From an uncultured Dictyoglomota bacterium (lineage in GTDB: Bacteria > Dictyoglomota > Dictyoglomia > Dictyoglomales > Dictyoglomaceae): a DNA stretch of 64,000 nucleotides. This document shows, piece after piece, positions 62,000-64,000 of this stretch (its first letter is position 1; each line of letters begins with the position of its first letter). The translations under genes and the position numbers were made by a program. The stretch is taken from the NCBI GenBank assembly GCA_964654465.1, contig CAZZIO010000040.1:96001-160000 (forward strand), written 5' to 3'. Below the pieces are notes generated by a model, which was not told the DNA's origin, did no database searches, and saw nothing but the letters and a program-made list of their open reading frames with translations.

Positions 62000-63523
62000 T
62001 TACTCCCATTCTATAGTTGCTGGCGGTTTATCCGTTAAATCATAAACCACCCTATTAATACCTTTCACCTCATTAGTAATTTTTCTTGATATCTTACCAA
62101 GTATATCATAAGGTACTTCTACAAAATTAGCTGTCATCCCATCTTCACTCTCTACAATCCTTAAAGCTATAACATACTCATAAGATCTAAAATCTCCTTT
62201 AACTCCCACTGTTCTAATAGGTAGAAGTACAGCAAATGATTGCCAAATTTTTTCATATTCACTCCACTTTTGTAACTCTTCCTGTAATATATTTTCAGCC
62301 ATTCTAAGAATCTCTAATTTATCCTTTGTTACCTCTCCTAAGATTCTTACAGCAAGCCCTGGGCCTGGAAATGGTTGTCGCTTAATAATAAAATCAGGGA
62401 TATTTAAAATCTCAGCAATTTTTCGTACCTCATCTTTAAAAAGATATCTAAAGGGTTCTATTAATTCAAATTTTAAATTTTCAGGAAGGCCCCCCACATT
62501 ATGATGTGTCTTTATCTTAGCAGCCATACCTGTAGATGAAGCAGCACTTTCTATAACATCAGGATATAGAGTTCCCTGAGCCAGATATTTAAAAGGACCT
62601 CTTTTCTTTGCTTCCTCAAGAAAGACTTCTATAAACTCATGTCCAATAATTTTTCTCTTCTCTTCAGGATCTGTTACTCCTTTTAATCTATTTAAAAATC
62701 TATCTTCCGCATTAACGACTATTAAATTCACTCCTAAGGATCTCAACGCATTACTTACCTCTTCTTTTTCACCTTTCCTCAATAAACCATGATCCACAAA
62801 AATAGCAGTTAACTTATCTCCTATAGCTTTCTGTAATAATACCGCCAAAGTTGAAGAATCTACTCCTCCACTGACAGCGAGCAAAACTCTATCTTCTCCC
62901 ACTCTCTCTTTTATCTCCTTGATCTTTTCTTCAACAAACCTTCCTAAATCCCAATTTTTCTTAGCCTTGCAAATTTCAAAAGCAAAATTCTCCAATACCT
63001 TTTTCCCATTTTCTGTATGGGTAACTTCTGGATGAAACTGCACCGCAAATAGAGGATTTGTTTGGGACTGAGCTGCAGCAATATAATTATTTTCAGAATA
63101 AGCCAAAACCTCAAAAGAAGGTGGTAATTCTTTCACCACATCATAATGACTCATCCATACCTTTTCCTCTTCAGCTAACCCTTTAAATAATAATGAGTTT
63201 TTAACAATTCTTATTTCAGTTAAACCAAATTCACCTTTTTCGCCTTTTTCTACCTTCCCACCAAGAATTTGAGCCATTAATTGAAAGCCAAAACATATGC
63301 CCAATACAGGAATCTTTTCAGAAAAAATATCCATATCAAAATTTAAGTTAAAATCGTATACACTGTTAGGTCCTCCTGAAAGTACTATACCTTCTACATC
63401 TTTGTTTTTTAGTTCTGAAAATTTCACTGTTGGCGGAAAGATCTCTGAATATACTCCCATTTCTCTAAATCTACGGGCTATAAGCTGAGTATATTGAGAG
63501 CCAAAATCTATAACACCGATCAT
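62000..63523 (-). CDS. guaA: GMP synthase (glutamine-hydrolysing)
   Basis: [37 protein letters not shown] and KPPATIEWE. Confidence 0.98.
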   Translation of the reverse strand: MIGVIDFGSQYTQLIARRFREMGVYSEIFPPTVKFSELKNKDVEGIVLSGGPNSVYDFNLNFDMDIFSEKIPVLGICFGFQLMAQILGGKVEKGEKGEFGLTEIRIVKNSLLFKGLAEEEKVWMSHYDVVKELPPSFEVLAYSENNYIAAAQSQTNPLFAVQFHPEVTHTENGKKVLENFAFEICKAKKNWDLGRFVEEKIKEIKERVGEDRVLLAVSGGVDSSTLAVLLQKAIGDKLTAIFVDHGLLRKGEKEEVSNALRSLGVNLIVVNAEDRFLNRLKGVTDPEEKRKIIGHEFIEVFLEEAKKRGPFKYLAQGTLYPDVIESAASSTGMAAKIKTHHNVGGLPENLKFELIEPFRYLFKDEVRKIAEILNIPDFIIKRQPFPGPGLAVRILGEVTKDKLEILRMAENILQEELQKWSEYEKIWQSFAVLLPIRTVGVKGDFRSYEYVIALRIVESEDGMTANFVEVPYDILGKISRKITNEVKGINRVVYDLTDKPPATIEWE

Positions 63524-64000
63524 AGATTACCAAACTCCCTTTCTAAAATTTTTTCAATCTCTGAAATAACAACTCTCAATGGTATACCCTCTTTTTCGGC
63601 GATTTTTCGGCAATCCTCATACTCAGGATATGTTTTTTCAATATCTCCATATTTAGAAAATTTAACCCTAACTTTACCCCAAGGTGTAACTATCTCTTTA
63701 ATCTCCCTTATCATAAATCTCTTATCTACATAATATTTTCTTATTCCTAAAGTGGTTGTCTCTCTAAAAATAATTTCAGATAATTTTCCTTCATATATAG
63801 GATTTGCTATGACTGTAAGTAGAACTCCAGGCCTACCCTTTTTCATATATACAGGAGTTAAGAAAACATCAAGAGCCCCTTCATTAAACAACTTTTCAGT
63901 TAAATATCCATAAATCTGTGGATTCATATCATCAATATTAGTCTCCAAAACTATATTTTTTTCATCCAATACCATATTTTCGTCCTTTTCTCCTAAAACT
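63520..64000 (-). CDS. larC: LarC family nickel-insertion protein, C-terminal part (5' end outside the window)
   Basis: [31 protein letters not shown] and PEYEDC. The frame stays open to the window edge (VLGEKDEN...). Confidence 0.88.
   Translation of the reverse strand, partial: VLGEKDENMVLDEKNIVLETNIDDMNPQIYGYLTEKLFNEGALDVFLTPVYMKKGRPGVLLTVIANPIYEGKLSEIIFRETTTLGIRKYYVDKRFMIREIKEIVTPWGKVRVKFSKYGDIEKTYPEYEDCRKIAEKEGIPLRVVISEIEKILEREFGNL

Noticed and set aside
4728-63733. About 25 short ORFs from the track lying antisense or out of frame inside real genes (e.g. 4728-4937, 11580-11921, 16667-16993, 22278-22649, 26036-26344, 48796-49119, 50782-51249, 51265-51642, 63494-63733)
   Set aside because: They are nested in or largely overlap well-supported CDSs, have Ser/Phe/Ile-rich shadow composition, and show no motifs.
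1-64000. CRISPR arrays, tRNA/rRNA genes, IS elements
   Set aside because: No intergenic gap exceeds about 150 nt. I saw no spaced repeats, cloverleaf-like GC-rich segments or transposase ORFs.

Overview
AT-rich, very compact bacterial chromosome segment made almost entirely of housekeeping genes. Gene content suggests an anaerobic thermophile, possibly Dictyoglomus-like; this is inference only. In order: partial clpC, mcsB-mcsA and pdxT-pdxS with no ctsR; uvrC; a long + strand run (argS, MBL hydrolase, HD protein, queT, tyrS, G5/3D protein, rsmA, ispE, ilvA, M42 peptidase, ThiI/MnmA-like PP-loop protein, DHH-CBS tRNA nucleotidyltransferase); a - strand rpmB / V(A)-type ATPase / alr run; Memo-pth-mfd-prsA-mazG-hup; gcvT-H-PA-PB coupled to two radical SAM genes, a second tRNA nucleotidyltransferase and an orphan; the ffh-rpsP-khpA-rimM-trmD-rplS-lepB-rnhB-yraN-comM-(NCS2)-dprA-topA-trmFO-xerC block; uidA; arsR-DUF554; and partial larC-guaA-LUD. 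I saw no rRNA, tRNA, CRISPR array or mobile element. Most notable: (1) the two radical SAM genes carry the motifs of the non-LipA lipoyl synthase LipS1/LipS2 and sit inside the glycine cleavage operon; (2) an apparent split CC-adding plus A-adding tRNA maturation pair; (3) a Na+-type K ring in the V/A-ATPase; (4) candidate leaderless transcripts, operators and a uORF in the short intergenic regions. These are known system types in unusual contexts, not a demonstrably new system.
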